From: the human T2T-CHM13v2.0 reference genome, Homo sapiens
DNA length: 64,000 nucleotides
NCBI RefSeq assembly: GCF_009914755.1
Contig: NC_060933.1
Strand: one strand, 5' to 3'
In this document: piece after piece, positions 1 through 18,877 of the stretch
Position numbering within the stretch: position 1 is the stretch's first letter
How the letters are laid out: each line of letters begins with the position of its first letter
The notes under the pieces: generated by a model
Database searches by the model: none
Told to the model about the DNA's origin: nothing
What the model saw: the letters and a program-made list of their open reading frames with translations, nothing else
Program-made: the position numbers and the translations under genes

Positions 1-126
1 GGCTTCCTTTAGGACGAAGAGGTGACGTGAGGCTGGAGGCCTCCCACCATGGCATCTCCTGACCCCGCCCACCCATGGGATCAGAGAGCTGGGACTGAGC
101 GTGTGACAGGCCCCCTACGCTGCTGA

Positions 127-351
<225 letters not shown>

Positions 352-556
352 TGAGTAGCTGGAATTACAGGTGCCCGCCACCATGCCTGGCTAATTTATT
401 TATTTATTTATTTATTTTTAGTAGAGATGGGGTTTCACCATGTTGGCCAGGCTAGTCTTGATCTCCTGACCTCAGGTGTTCCGCCTGCCTCGACCTCCCA
501 AAGTGCTGGGATTATAGGCATGAGCCACTGCACCTGGCCAACAGACATCGATTTCA

Positions 557-1356
<800 letters not shown>

Positions 1357-1818
1357 TTAAACACCCCCAGGTTTGAATTGCTCAGAAACTTCCCGAAAAT
1401 GTCTCCTTTTTTGGCTGAAATGCCTCCTGTGTTGGGTGTGTGCCCAAGAGGAACTGCCTGAAGGGGGGTGGAAATGACCCCTGCAATGACTGGCTTTCCA
1501 GAAACTTCCATCCCTGCTTTCAGGCTATTGATCACCACCCAGTTTTCAGCGCAAGGGCTCTTGTTTCGGTTTAAAGTTTCTTCCTCATCGAGGTGGTGGG
1601 GGTGGAAAGACATTCACAGGCAGCAGACATTCTCATCCATCCTCGCCTTTGCTTGAGGAGTGAAGAGTGAAGCGGTCCCGGCAATGAGACCAGCTCCACA
1701 GGGCCACCACGTGCTCCCTCCCCACTGCCCCCACAGCCCCCGCCTGGTCCCGTATGTTTGCAAGTATTTCCCAAAGGGGGAAACTTCTGAACATAACCTC
1801 CTAGTCATCCCTCTAAAC

Positions 1819-2392
<574 letters not shown>

Positions 2393-2539
2393 ATTTACAG
2401 TCTCATGGAGCAATTTAACCTTACATCAAATCAGTTGGTTGCTCAAGAGTCAGTAAACCCTCCTAACCTGGGAACTGATTAAAAGCAGATATTCAGCAGT
2501 ACCCATCACTGGGCCTGGCATGTTCTAGAAGCTCAGTAA

Positions 2540-3600
<1,061 letters not shown>

Positions 3601-3634
3601 GTGTGTGCTTGTCAATTTTTAATTTTATTTTTAA

Positions 3635-3793
<159 letters not shown>

Positions 3794-3974
3794 TGACCAT
3801 GCCTGGCTAATTTCTTTTGTCTTTGTCTTTGTTTTGTTTTGTTTTTAGTAGAGATGGGGTTTCACCATATTGCCCAGGCTGGTGTCAAAATCCTGGCCTC
3901 AAGTAATCCACCTGCCTCAGCGTCCCGAAGTGATGGGATTACAGGTGTGAGCCACCGCGCCTGGCCATTTTTTA

Positions 3975-4466
<492 letters not shown>

Positions 4467-5770
4467 TCAGATACAAAAGAAGTGCTGAACCGGCAGCATT
4501 AGTTGATTCTAAGTGCTGGAGGGAAGGGGGTTTGGTTCCATGTGGACTCAGGTGATCAGGGAGGGCCCCCTGGAGGAGTGGACAATAGGCTGAGCCCTAG
4601 AGGATGAAGGGTCAGAGGTGCCCTTGGATAAGGTTTAAATGTGGAAATAGTAGCTGGACGCCCCCCCACCCCCTCCCCCAAGGTACAGGCTGGGCCCAGA
4701 GGTTGCCACTCCAGGACCTCCCCAGGGTTCTGCTGGGCCCTCCTTACCAGAGCTGCTAGTTCTGTACCACAGGCCAGCACCACCCTCGGTCAGGTCCCCT
4801 GCTGGGATCCTCCACCGCCCCTGCTGGGCCTTGGCTGGACACCCTCCCTCACTCTCTAACTGATTGGAGAACTCTTGGGGATCCTTCAAACCCTTTGCAA
4901 GCTCCACCTCTCCTGAGGGGCCTCCCCGGCCAGCTCCTCATCCCCACCAGAGCTGAGCATCCTCCCGTGCCCTGGCCCACACCTGCCCTGACCCACCCCA
5001 CGGCCCCACCAAAGCTTATTCGGGGCCTGCCTCCCCTGCCGATGGATCCCTCTGGTTGGTCTCTCCCCGGCCCCCAGTACAGCCTCTGGCCTAGTAGGCC
5101 CTCTGGAAAGGAAGGCTGCTCTCAACAGCTGCCTGATTGGCTAAAAAGGAGAAGATGAGGACTCTCGTACCCGATTGGTGGGTTCAGATCCTTCCACCAA
5201 CAATGACTCCACTGGGACCTTGAACTTGGGCCCGAGACCATAGCCTCTCTGACTCTTCCTCCTTAGGAATGATGAGGATCACGACATCTGTCTTTAGGGC
5301 TCCTGGGAGCTTCCTAGAATCTGTGGGTCCTGAGCCTTGACTCCCACTGCTCTTTATGACATATTAATTATTATTATTATTACATGTCAGCAACAGGTGT
5401 CCATGCAGAATGTGCCATGCCCCACAGCCTGGGCCGGGTGCTGGGGACACTCAGGTGTCTCCTGAGCCCTCCTTGAGCAGGTCACTTGTCCCTGGTGGAA
5501 GGGACACCTGTCCCCAGGGCTCTTGCCGTGGTCCCATCTCAGTTGGCTCAGACTGGGGTTTCCACAGGGCAGGGGTGTGGCTGCTTTTGTTCTCCGTTAT
5601 CTCCCCGGAGTCTAGCACTGGGCCTGCCACACAGGTGCTCAGTAAATACGTGTTGAAGAGTGAATGGATGGGTGGATGCCAGAAGGAAGGAATGAGGGAG
5701 TGAATTAAAGGGACGCATTCCTGGCGGCGGCACTAAAGCACTCAGAGCAAACTGCAGAGTTGGGGGCTGA

Positions 5771-6686
<916 letters not shown>

Positions 6687-6717
6687 TCAAGTTCTTAACT
6701 CTGTGCCAGCACTGAGC

Positions 6718-6933
6718 CGAGTGCTCAGCAAGCGCCTCTCCCCGCGAGTCCTCAGCAAGCGCCTCTCCCCGCGAGTCCTCAGCAAGCGCCTCTCCCCGCG
6801 AGTGCTCAGCAAGCCCCTCTCCCCGCGAGTGCTCAGCAAGAGCCTCTCCCCCCGAGTGCTCAGCAAGCGCCTCTCCCCCCGAGTGCTCAGCAAGCGCCTT
6901 TCCCCGCGAGTGCTCAGCAAGCACCTCGCTCCC
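6718..6933. repeat. 27-bp minisatellite (VNTR), 8 copies, PRRX2 intron 2
   Basis: Unit CGAGTGCTCAGCAAGCGCCTCTCCCCG repeated with few substitutions; explains the RVLSKRLSP and ALAEHSRGE periodic ORFs. Confidence 0.97.
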
Positions 6934-7193
6934 AGTGGCCGAGTGCCTCTCCATTCGTTCTCATTCTCCAACACATTCTCCATTCATTCTCCATTCATTG
7001 GTGTTCTCAATCTCCAACACATACCCAGCAGCAGGCGTCATTTGTCATCCCCATTCTACAGATGAAAAAACTGAGGGTCAGAGAGGTGACGCTGCCAGCC
7101 CTGGGCTGGTGACAGAGCAGGCACACACCCAGGTCCAGAAGGACTTGGGTCCCCCCTGCCCATGCTGCACCCTGCTCACCCTCCCACCCACAG

Positions 7194-7372
7194 GTCTGGT
7201 TTCAGAACCGCCGCGCCAAGTTCCGCAGGAATGAAAGGGCCATGCTGGCCAGCCGCTCTGCCTCGCTGCTCAAGTCCTACAGCCAGGAGGCCGCCATCGA
7301 GCAGCCCGTGGCTCCCCGGCCCACCGCCCTGAGTCCAGATTATCTCTCCTGGACAGCCTCGTCCCCCTACAG
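7194..7372 (+). CDS. PRRX2: PRRX2 coding exon 3 (recognition helix VWFQNRRAKFRR, Q50)
   Basis: Acceptor ctcccacccacag| ends at 7193, donor AG|gtgaga at 7373. 179 nt, translating VWFQNRRAKFRRNERAMLASRSASLLKSYSQEAAIEQPVAPRPTALSPDYLSWTASSPY(S); joins exon 2 in frame. Confidence 0.97.
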
Positions 7373-8093
7373 GTGAGAGCGGGAACACCTTTGGGCCAGG
7401 AAGGGGCAGCTCGAGGAATCCCAGAGGGCTTTTCCGGCCTGGACTCCTCTGAGGGTCTGGAGAGAGCTTGAATGGTGTCCACGCGCCCCTGGGATCTGGG
7501 GTACACCAAGTGATGTGTGGCGAGTGTGCCTGTGAGTGGGTGTTCACGAGCACCTGCACGTGCATGTTGTAAGAGTTGGCATGTGTGTGTGTGTCAACGT
7601 ACATGTGGGCACACATGACTGTGAGTGTGCATGCACATGCCTGCGTATGCAAAGGAGCGTGCAAGCATGCGTGTCCACAGGGGTGTGAGTGTGTGCGTGA
7701 ACACCTGGAGCCGGGAGAAAACAGGCCTATCTGGAGGGGGAGCAAAGTACAGGCATCACCCTGAGGGAGTAGAAAACCTGCAGGAAGATTCCTAGGCTGT
7801 CACGGGGGCCCCAGCGCCCTGTGTCCACCCTCCAGACGAGAAACTGACGCTGGGAGGGCTGAGGAAATGGTCTCCCTGGCCTGCGGGCATGGCTGGGGCC
7901 CAGAGCCAAGTTCTGGGGCAGTTTTGTCTGGATCAAAGCTGGAAAGACTCTGACATGGTCGGCAGGAGGTGCTCGAGAGTCGGGCCACCATACCCCACAG
8001 CTCCAGAGGCGCCGTCTGCTCCTTGGGCTGTGAGGGTGGCTCTGCTGGAGCCATGGTCATGTGGGGGGACAGGGATTTCGTGGGTCCGCTTGA

Positions 8094-8415
<322 letters not shown>

Positions 8416-8814
8416 TGATCCGTCCACTTCGGCCTCCCAAAGTGTTGGGATTACAGGCGTGAGCCACCACGCTTGGCCCCAAGGGGCATCCTTAAATCCA
8501 GGTGCCTGTTCATTCTGCCTCCATCCTGCTGAGAGCCAGGCCCAGGGTACGCATGGAGGGGGGCATGGACCAACCCAGGCCCTGCTGTCAGGAAGCTCAT
8601 GGCTCATATGGAGGCTCCTGTGTCCCAGCACTGAGCTGGGGGGACTTCTGACTCCTGCCCAAACCCTACAGCTCCAAATCACCCCCAGTCCTGGGTGAAG
8701 GCTGCCCAGGAGAGCAAGCTAAGGAGGGGGGTGGCAGGACCAGAGGCTGGGGTCGAGCACTGATACCCAGAAGCCAACCGCACCCATGTGACCTGTGTCT
8801 CATGTCGCCCCCAG

Positions 8815-8950
8815 CACAGTGCCACCCTACAGCCCTGGGAGCTCAGGCCCCGCAACCCCAGGGGTCAACATGGCCAACAGCATCGCCAGCCTCCGTCTCA
8901 AGGCCAAGGAGTTCAGCCTGCACCACAGCCAGGTGCCTACGGTGAACTGA
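8815..8950 (+). CDS. PRRX2: PRRX2 terminal coding exon 4 (OAR domain, TGA stop)
   Basis: Acceptor cgcccccag| ends at 8814. Translates (S)TVPPYSPGSSGPATPGVNMANSIASLRLKAKEFSLHHSQVPTVN*; SIASLRLKAKE is the OAR motif; TGA at 8948-8950. Confidence 0.97.
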
Positions 8951-9270
8951 AGTCCAGTCCCACCAGGACCCAGACGCCTCCCTGGGTGGACAGCAATAGA
9001 AAAGGGGGCAGACGCCCAGGAAGTGACCTTCTCCTGGATGAGCTCTCCTGGCCCGTCTGTCCAGCCTGGACTCCCGAGCCCACGAGGCTGTTGAGGCCCC
9101 TGCAGCCGGGCCCAGCTCTTCTGTCCTTGGCCACCAGAGACTGCAGCCCACAACCCTTGGAGGGGTTGGGCCGGAAGGTGGAAGAGCCTGCCAAGGACCT
9201 CATTTAGTTTGTGTATTAAAACCAAAAAGCTTTTGTCTTTAAGAAATAAAACCATTTTTTTAAGCCCCAA
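8951..9270 (+). other. PRRX2: PRRX2 3' UTR (3' end approximate)
   Basis: Lies between the stop codon and the poly(A) hexamers ATTAAA 9215-9220 and AATAAA 9245-9250. Confidence 0.85.
9215..9250 (+). terminator. PRRX2: PRRX2 polyadenylation signals (ATTAAA, AATAAA)
   Basis: Two hexamers in an AT-rich patch about 270-300 nt after the stop codon. Confidence 0.85.
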
Positions 9271-10287
9271 AAGGTTGCAGGAAGGTGGGTAAGGGCCGCA
9301 AACAATGTTGGTGGCTGAGATGAGAGCTGGGACCCCACAGGGCTGGATGGCCTTCCTGGGCCCTTTTCTGGCCTGCAGCAGGCATGGAGACCGCCTCGGC
9401 CTGGCTCAGACCAGCAGCCATGGGAGGCCCACTGCCCTCATATCTGTACTGTTCCCGGGAATGAAGTCCTCTGTCACCCTGCAGGGCCCCCAGAAATGGG
9501 GGCTGGGGGGGTGGGAGAGGAGGACAGAAACCCACCCTAGACCCCATCTCCCATCTTGAGTCCCAAGGGGACACCCAGATGTTTGGGCAGAGCCTTGCTG
9601 TGTGAACCTGGGCAGGGATCGTCTCCCCATCCTATTGCGGGGCAGGATGGGTGATCATGGATTCCTAGACTGGCCAGAGGGTGTGTGGGACAGATGGAAG
9701 GACATTCAGTCCCTTGCTTCTGGGCACACAGAAGGCGTGGGATCTCTCCGGCCATTTAACCATGAAGGGGCTGAGGAAATGGCCCAGAAAACAGGTGCAG
9801 ACTGTAGGTCCCGGCCAGGCTCCCAGGACAGCTGAGGCCAGCAGAAGACTCAAGTCCCTCAACCCACCCATTTGCAGCCAGTAACTGAGGGTGCCACCAG
9901 CCAGTGACACCACTTACGAGGGATCTGCAGAAAACAGGGGTGAGGGATGGTCTGAGGCCAGTCCCTCTACCTGTCCCCACGCCCACCAGGGAAGTCAGGA
10001 GAGCCTTTCTGCTCAAAGTCACCCCAGTCCAGCCCCCGGGAGGTAGGACAACACTCCCCCATCCCAGAGGGCACAAAGACGGTCAGCCCTGGGCAATGGT
10101 GGTGGGAACCCTGGCCCTTGGGGTGGCGGGGTGGCAGATGGCACAGCAAGGAATCTCGATGGAGTCAATGAGCTGGGCCAGTTCTCCAGTATCCCGCCCT
10201 GCCCATGCAGGGTCACCATGCCCCTAAAGTGCCAGCCATGGGGCTCCACACATGAGTAGTCTGCACGGGGACAACCTACTTTCTTTT

Positions 10288-10319
<32 letters not shown>

Positions 10320-11754
10320 TATCTATCTATTCTATTTTTTTGAGACGGAGTGTTGCTCTGTCGCACAGGCTAGAGTGCAGCAGCACGATCTCAGCTCACT
10401 GCAACCTCCGCCTCCAGGGGTTCAAGCAATTCTCCTGCCTCAGCCTCCCAAGTAGCTGGGATTACAGGCGTCCGCTGCTACGCCCAGCTAATTTTTTGTA
10501 TTTTTAGTAGAGATGGGGTTTCGCCATGTTGGCCAGGCTGGTCTTGAACTCCTGACCTCAGGTGATCCACCCACCTCAGCCTCCAAAAGTACTAGGATTA
10601 CAGGCGTGAGCCACTGTGCCTGGCCCCCACTTTAGTTAGAAGGTACAGCAGCTACACTTGTGAATAAAGTGAGGACCATCTCCCACCTGCCCCCAATACA
10701 CCCCTGAATACTCTTCCCCATACTCCATCCGGATTTCCACCACAGAACGTGGCCCCTTCAGATGTGCAAACACACCTGGGGAAGAGTGACCGCCCGGTCG
10801 CTGTGTGACTTCTTCCTTCGGTGGCTGGACGGCTTCCTCCCTGGCCGCAGCAGGGCCTCTGACCAGCAGGAGAGCCTGGGGCACCAGTGGGGGCTGGGGT
10901 GGAGGGGAGGGGGAGTTCTGCTGAGGTCTACAGCTGCTCAGCCCCACCTGACTGTGAGGGCCAGGCCTGTGCCCTGGACTGGGGGAGGAGGGGGAGTCAG
11001 ATTTGTGTTTTCTGGCTCAGTTTGGCCTCTGCCTCGGGTAAGTGCTTTCTGGACCTCCATTTGCCATTCTTGCACTGAGAAAATATTATGAAACGCAAGG
11101 TTCCTGGCCGCAGAGGCTGCGCCATGCTATGAGGAGGCAAAGACAAAGGAATAATTACAGCACCACTAAGGCTATGAGGGGGTGCTGCAGGGGCCCAGGG
11201 AGCACAGACGGGGCCCCAAACCTTGTTGAAGGCATCTGGGCAGGCTTCCTGGAGGAGGTATGCCTGAGAGGATGAAGAGTTCACCAAAGAGGGGGGAGGG
11301 GCAACGGTGTTTCTGGCTGAGGGGACTGCATGAGTGTAGCCCTGGGGCAGGCCAGAAGCTTCTCTTTGGGCCAGTGGGAGCTGTTCCCGGGCTGGATCTC
11401 CTGGTGCCGGGTGAAGGTGGAGAGGAACAGGAACTGGCTCAAACGAGGTTTGTGTGGCCGGGACTAGATGTTTGGATGTCACCCTGTCTGTGGGGAGCCA
11501 TGGAGGGGATTTGCTTGGTGGAGGGACGTGCCCTGAGCCTCCATGAGGAAGAGGGACCGTGGGCTAAGAGTGAAGGAGACAGCCCCTTGCGGAGGCCAGG
11601 GCGGGTGTCCAGGTGGGAGGGGCTGTGGCCTGGGCCAGATGGGGACAGAGTTGGTGGAGCTGGGAGATGTTTCGGATGCAGCAAAAAAAAAAAAAAAAAA
11701 AAAAAAACAGGAATTGGTGACTTGGTGATGGGCTGGGGAGACTGGGAGCCTTCA

Positions 11755-12066
<312 letters not shown>

Positions 12067-14249
12067 TTAGACACACAGGAGTGACCAGGAAGAAGAGATC
12101 CTGGCCATGGGACTTGCCTGGTGGAAGCCTCTGGAAGATGCAGGCCTGTCCTCCCACCCAGACAAGAGCTGGGGTCCAACCTGGCTTGAGTGTCCTCCTA
12201 GGCACAAAGCTTGCTCCCTTTCCCCATCTGGGGGATCTGTGCCCGCATTTGGTCCAGAGCATGGGGGCCCAGAGCAGAGCACTCACGGGCAGCCGGGAAG
12301 AGCAGGCTGTTTTCCCCCAGGAAGCACTAACCTGGGAGCTCGTGAGTGGACAGACCCCCCAACCCAGGCCCCTGGCCAGTGCTCCAGGCCTGGTGCAGGC
12401 ATCTCAGGCCTTTCTACTTTTCAACCCAAAGGGAGGGCACCCTGAAGAATCGCCAGGCTGAGGCTGCCTGTGCAGTGATGAGGTCACACCAGGTGGGGGC
12501 CTGGGAGGCCAGTCCCAGGAAGGCCAGCTTCAGAAAAAAACGGGGACCTTCCCACGGAGGTGCTGGCCTTGCCGTTGGACCATGAGGATGTTAATGTCAC
12601 TTCCTCCGAACGCTCTAGAGAAAACAAACCAGCTTAATCGTTTACACATGCTGCTCCGGGAAGCTGAGGGAGGGGTCGAGGCAGCCCTCCCTATAAAAGA
12701 GAAAATATTCAAACACTGCTGTCGCTATTGTAGCCCTAATTGCAGGGCTGTGTGGGCAGCTTCCTGGGCACCCATCCCAGGGTATCATTTTTCCATGAGG
12801 ACAAGGTACCTAAGGCCCTGCCCTGGGCTGAAGAACTTGCTGCCTTTGCCCATTTGGCCAAGTGAGCTTGAGTTTGGGAGAGGGCATTGCGTGTCTCTGC
12901 TTTTATTTTTTTTTATGTGAAATAAAAGAACTTGAGAGAGAAAGGGAGGGGGAAGGAGAGAGAGAGATTGAAGGAAAGACAGTCAGCTCTTGCAAAAACC
13001 CAAACCAGAGAAATAAAGACTAGAGTTTCTGGTCCTGTGACCCTGGACAAGGCACTTCTCGGGGACTTGGTTTCCTTGTCTGTAAAATGGGGATAATTAC
13101 AGAACCCACTGCATAGGGTTGTTGGCACAAAGTTCCCGCCCATAAATGGGTGCCTCAGTGTTTACGGTGGAGGAGCACAGGGTGAGGGATGGAGTTTGAG
13201 AAAATATACGTACTCCCCTTCCTGGGGTGAAATGGCACTTTCTCTGTCCAGAGACCCGGCATACCCGGTCCAGAGGCTCTTCCCCCGTTCCTTTGATGTC
13301 CACTAGCCTTAGGAGCCCCAGCTGGGGACCCAAATCAACTTGGTACCTCCGGCTCCTGCACCTCTGCTTCTCGCCCCTGGGGGGCGCCGTGGGGCCGCTG
13401 CAGGGCCCTGGACTGGGTTCCCGCGATGTGGCCGCACACACCCCATCCTCTCCGCTCTCCTGGGAGATCTCCAGGGCTGGCAACGGGCTCCTGACCCAGC
13501 CTCCTCTGGAAAGACAAAGAAACAAGCAAATCCCAAACCACCAGCAGGGGTTACAGCGTTTACAGAAGCCTTAGGAAACAGGAACCAACAGCCGTGAAGA
13601 TATTCACATGCTTTCCCCCAGCAAACCCGTCTCTAAGCTCTACTTTGAAAAATAATCAAAATCTCAAAATCGGGGGGCGGGGGAAGCAATGTGCACATCA
13701 GTGTTTATCACATATTTTATACGTGCAATGTAAAAAATCTGGAAAGACACAAGCCAAAATGTGAGTAGCTTAATTTTTTTTTTTTTTTTTTTTTTGAGAC
13801 TGAGTCTCACTCTGTCACCCAGGCTGGAGTATGGCACAACCTCGGCTCACTGCAACCTCCACCTCCCTGGTTCAATTGGTTCTACTGCCACAGGCTCTCG
13901 AGTAGCTGGGACTACAGGCCTGCGCCACTATACCCAACTAACTTTTTGTATTTTTAGTAGAGACAGGGTTTCACCATGTTGGCCAGGCTCGTCTCAAACT
14001 CCTGACCTCAGGCAATCCACCTGCCCGGGCCTCCCAAAGTGCTGGGATTATAGGGCTGAGCCGCTCTGCCAGGCCAATTAGCTTAAATTTTATGGTGACT
14101 CACAATCCACGAGTCTCCATATTTTTAAAATAACTTTATAGAAAAAACAATCTTTAAAAAGAAAGCAGGCCAATGTAACAGCCTCGAGTACATAATAAGG
14201 TCTTCAAAGGTTAAAAAAAAATGTGCTTTTGGCTGGGACTGGTGGCTCA

Positions 14250-14570
<321 letters not shown>

Positions 14571-14890
14571 CTAGATGTGTCCTCTGGATACTTGCTGGTC
14601 AGTGGAGGTACTGGAAACAGTGTGTTTGAGAACATCTGTCTCCCAGGCTGGAGTGCAGTGGTGAGATCCTTGCTCACTATAACCTCAAACTCTTGGACTC
14701 AAGTGATTCTCCCGCTCTGGCCTCTCCAACTGCTGGGATTACAGGTGTGAGCCACTGCGTAATGGCTCTCCAAGAACTTCTTAATTCTTAGTTCACACCT
14801 TAGAAAAAGTGGGAATGGATTGAGCTTGGGATATAAGGCAGTCAGGAATGAGCACCTTGAAATCAGAAGGGGGACTCAAAAGAGAGACGG

Positions 14891-15921
<1,031 letters not shown>

Positions 15922-16622
15922 GGTGGGAATGAAGCTTGAAAGTTTACCTTGGCTGGTGCGGTAGCTCACACCTGTAATCCCAGCACTTTGGGAGGCCGAG
16001 ACGGGAGTATCACCTGAGGGTCAGGAGTTGGAGACCAGCCTGGCCAATAAGGTGAAACCCCGTCTCTACTAAAAATACAAAAATTGGCCAGGCGTGGTGG
16101 TGCACACCTGTAATCCCAGCTTCTCCAGAGGCTGAGACAGGAGAATTGCTTGAACCCGGGGGGGCAGAGGTTATAGTGAGCCGAGATTGCCCCATTGCAT
16201 TCTTGCCTGGGCGACAGAGCAAGACTCTGTCTCCCCCCCGCAAAAAAAAAAAAAAAAAAAAGAAAGAAAGAAAAGAAAGTTCACCTTGAGCTTGGCCTCC
16301 CTTGGCCCACGGGACACCCAGGGAACCCCCAGACCTGCCACAGAGCAGACTGGATGGTAGGCCCCTGCTCTAATTACCTGCCAGTCCACAGTAAACAGCC
16401 TCTTGTCTTATTTATCTCCTTCCTGGCCATTCTGCACAGTCAACAGGCCAGTTGTCTAAAACACAGCCTTGATCACGGATCATGTCTCTTCCCTGCCTAG
16501 AGCCTCCCTTGGCTCCCCAGGGCCCTTGCAGCAAAGATCAATCACCCAGGCCAGGTGTCTACAGTGCCACCATCCAACCTTAACCCCGCCTCGTCCCTAC
16601 CCAGATTTTTTTTTTTTTTTGA

Positions 16623-16727
<105 letters not shown>

Positions 16728-17221
16728 TGAGTAGCTGGGACTACAGGCACCTGCCACCACGCCTGATTCATTTTGTATTTTTAGTAGGGACAAGGTTTCA
16801 CCATGTTGGCCAGGCTGGTCACAAACTCCTGGCCTCAGGTGATCCGCCCGCCTCAGCCTCCCAAAGTGCTGGGATTACAGGCGTGAGCTGCTGCACCTGG
16901 CCAGATTCTTCAGACAATCCTAACAATTCGGTCCCCTCTTTCCATTGTATCCCTCCTCCCTGTCTCCCTGTAGCAACAGCTTCCCATCCAACCCCTTTGC
17001 CAGCAAAAATCCACTCCAATGAGGTTACAATGTAGTGTCACCTTTTAAATTTTTTTTTATTTATTATTATTATTATTTTGAGACATGGCCTCACTCTGTC
17101 ACCCAGGCTGAAGTGCAGTGGCATGATCTGGGCTCACTGCAACCTCCGCCTCCTGCCTCAGCCTCGCAAGTACCTGGGACTACAGGCATGCGCCACCACA
17201 CCCAGCTAATTTTTGTATTTA

Positions 17222-17314
<93 letters not shown>

Positions 17315-18213
17315 TTACAGGCGTGAGCCACTGCGCCTGGCCAAGTTCAATTCTGGACAGTCAGCAAACATAATAAAAAATATATATAACTCCGTGTTAT
17401 AATTTTATATTTGGAAAATGGAAAAAAAAAGCCCTAGTTTCATAATTCAAACTTCTAAAAGTGAAGCTACTCAAACTCTTCTTGGCTGGTGTAGATACTG
17501 AGGGGGCAGCCACCGTCAGCTGGGTGGCCTCAAACCTGCATCTCTAGGGACCATCACAATAACATCATCAAAAGGGGCTTAGAGGTGGAGAAACACTGCC
17601 TACCTCCCAGGCTCACTCTCTCTTTTAGATATATATATCCACATATATCCATATGACATTATATATGTTTAACATGCATAGTAAAAGAATCTGGAAAGTC
17701 ATAAACGATAATGTGACCAGTGACTTTTTACAGGGAGGTGGGATTCTGGGTGGTCCCTATTCTTTATATATATACTTGTAAATTTCTCTACTTAGGTACT
17801 AAAAATTGACAACACTCTAAAAAATCCTGTCCAAATTGGAACCATCTTTTTGGAGGACAATATGTACTACACGTCCCAAACAGACATGCCTTTTTGACCC
17901 AGCAGTTTTACTTCTAGAAACATATTTTAGGAGGGGCACAGTGGCTCACGCCTGTAATCCCAGCACTTTGGGAGGCTGAGGCAGTAGGATCGCTTGTGTC
18001 CAGGAGTTTGAGACCAGCCTGGGCAACATAGCGAGACCTTGTCTCTACAAAAAAGTCAAAAAATTGGCCAAGTGTGGTGGTGCATGCCTGTGGTCCCAGT
18101 TATTTGGGAGGCTGAGGTGGAAGGATCACTTGAGCCCAGGAGGTCAAGGCTGCAGTGAGCTATGATTGTGCCACTGCACTATAGCCTGGATGACAGAGCA
18201 AGACCCTGTCTTG

Positions 18214-18370
18214 GAAAGAAAGAAAGAAGAAAGAAAAGAAAAGAAAGGAAGGGAGGGAGGGAAAGAAGGAAAGAAAGAAAAGAAAAGAAAAGAAAAGAAA
18301 AGAGAGACGGGGAGGGAGGGAGGGAAGGGAGGAAGGAAAGAAAAGGAAGGAAGGAAGGGAGAGAAAGAAA
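18214..18370. repeat. (GAAA)/(GGAA)/(GGGA) purine microsatellite from an Alu tail
   Basis: Purine-only tract following the Alu at about 17930-18213. Confidence 0.95.
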
Positions 18371-18391
18371 CATACTTTAACGAAATGGCTG

Positions 18392-18877
18392 TGAGGTAGG
18401 AGGTGGGACTCAACTCTGGAGGTGGGGCTCAGACACCGGACCAATTGAGGACTAGCCAAAACAGGGACGGGGGCAGAAGCAGCTTTCCATACCACAGATC
18501 ACCAGTGTGCCATGTCAGTTTACTATCGCCATGGCAACACCCAGGAGTTACCCCCCATTTCCATGGCAATGACCCAACAACCCAAAAGTGACTACCCCTT
18601 CCCTAGAAATTTCTGCATAAACTGCCCCTTAATCTACATTAATTAAAATATAATTAAAAGTAGGTATAAATATGTCCGCAAAACTGCCCTGAGCTGCCCC
18701 TCTCTACCTGTGGGGGTAGCCCTGTTCTGCAGGAGCAGTCACGGAGCTGTGACACCGTTGCTTCAATAAAGCTGTTTTCTTCTGCTCTACCATGGCTTGC
18801 CCTTGAATTATTTCCTGGGCAAAGCCAAGAACCATCACGGGCTAAGCCTTGCTTTGAGGCTCGCCTGTCCTGCATCC
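18392..18877 (+). mobile_element. ERV1-class solo LTR (MER66/MER41-group-like)
   Basis: TGAGGTAGG...TGCATCC flanked by the 4-bp TSD GCTG (18388-18391, 18878-18881); TATAAA 18665-18670; AATAAA 18765-18770. Confidence 0.85.

Noticed and set aside
10636-10947. 103-aa minus-strand ORF in unique sequence
   Set aside because: No recognisable domain, non-ATG start, no supporting exon structure; expected by chance in GC-rich DNA.
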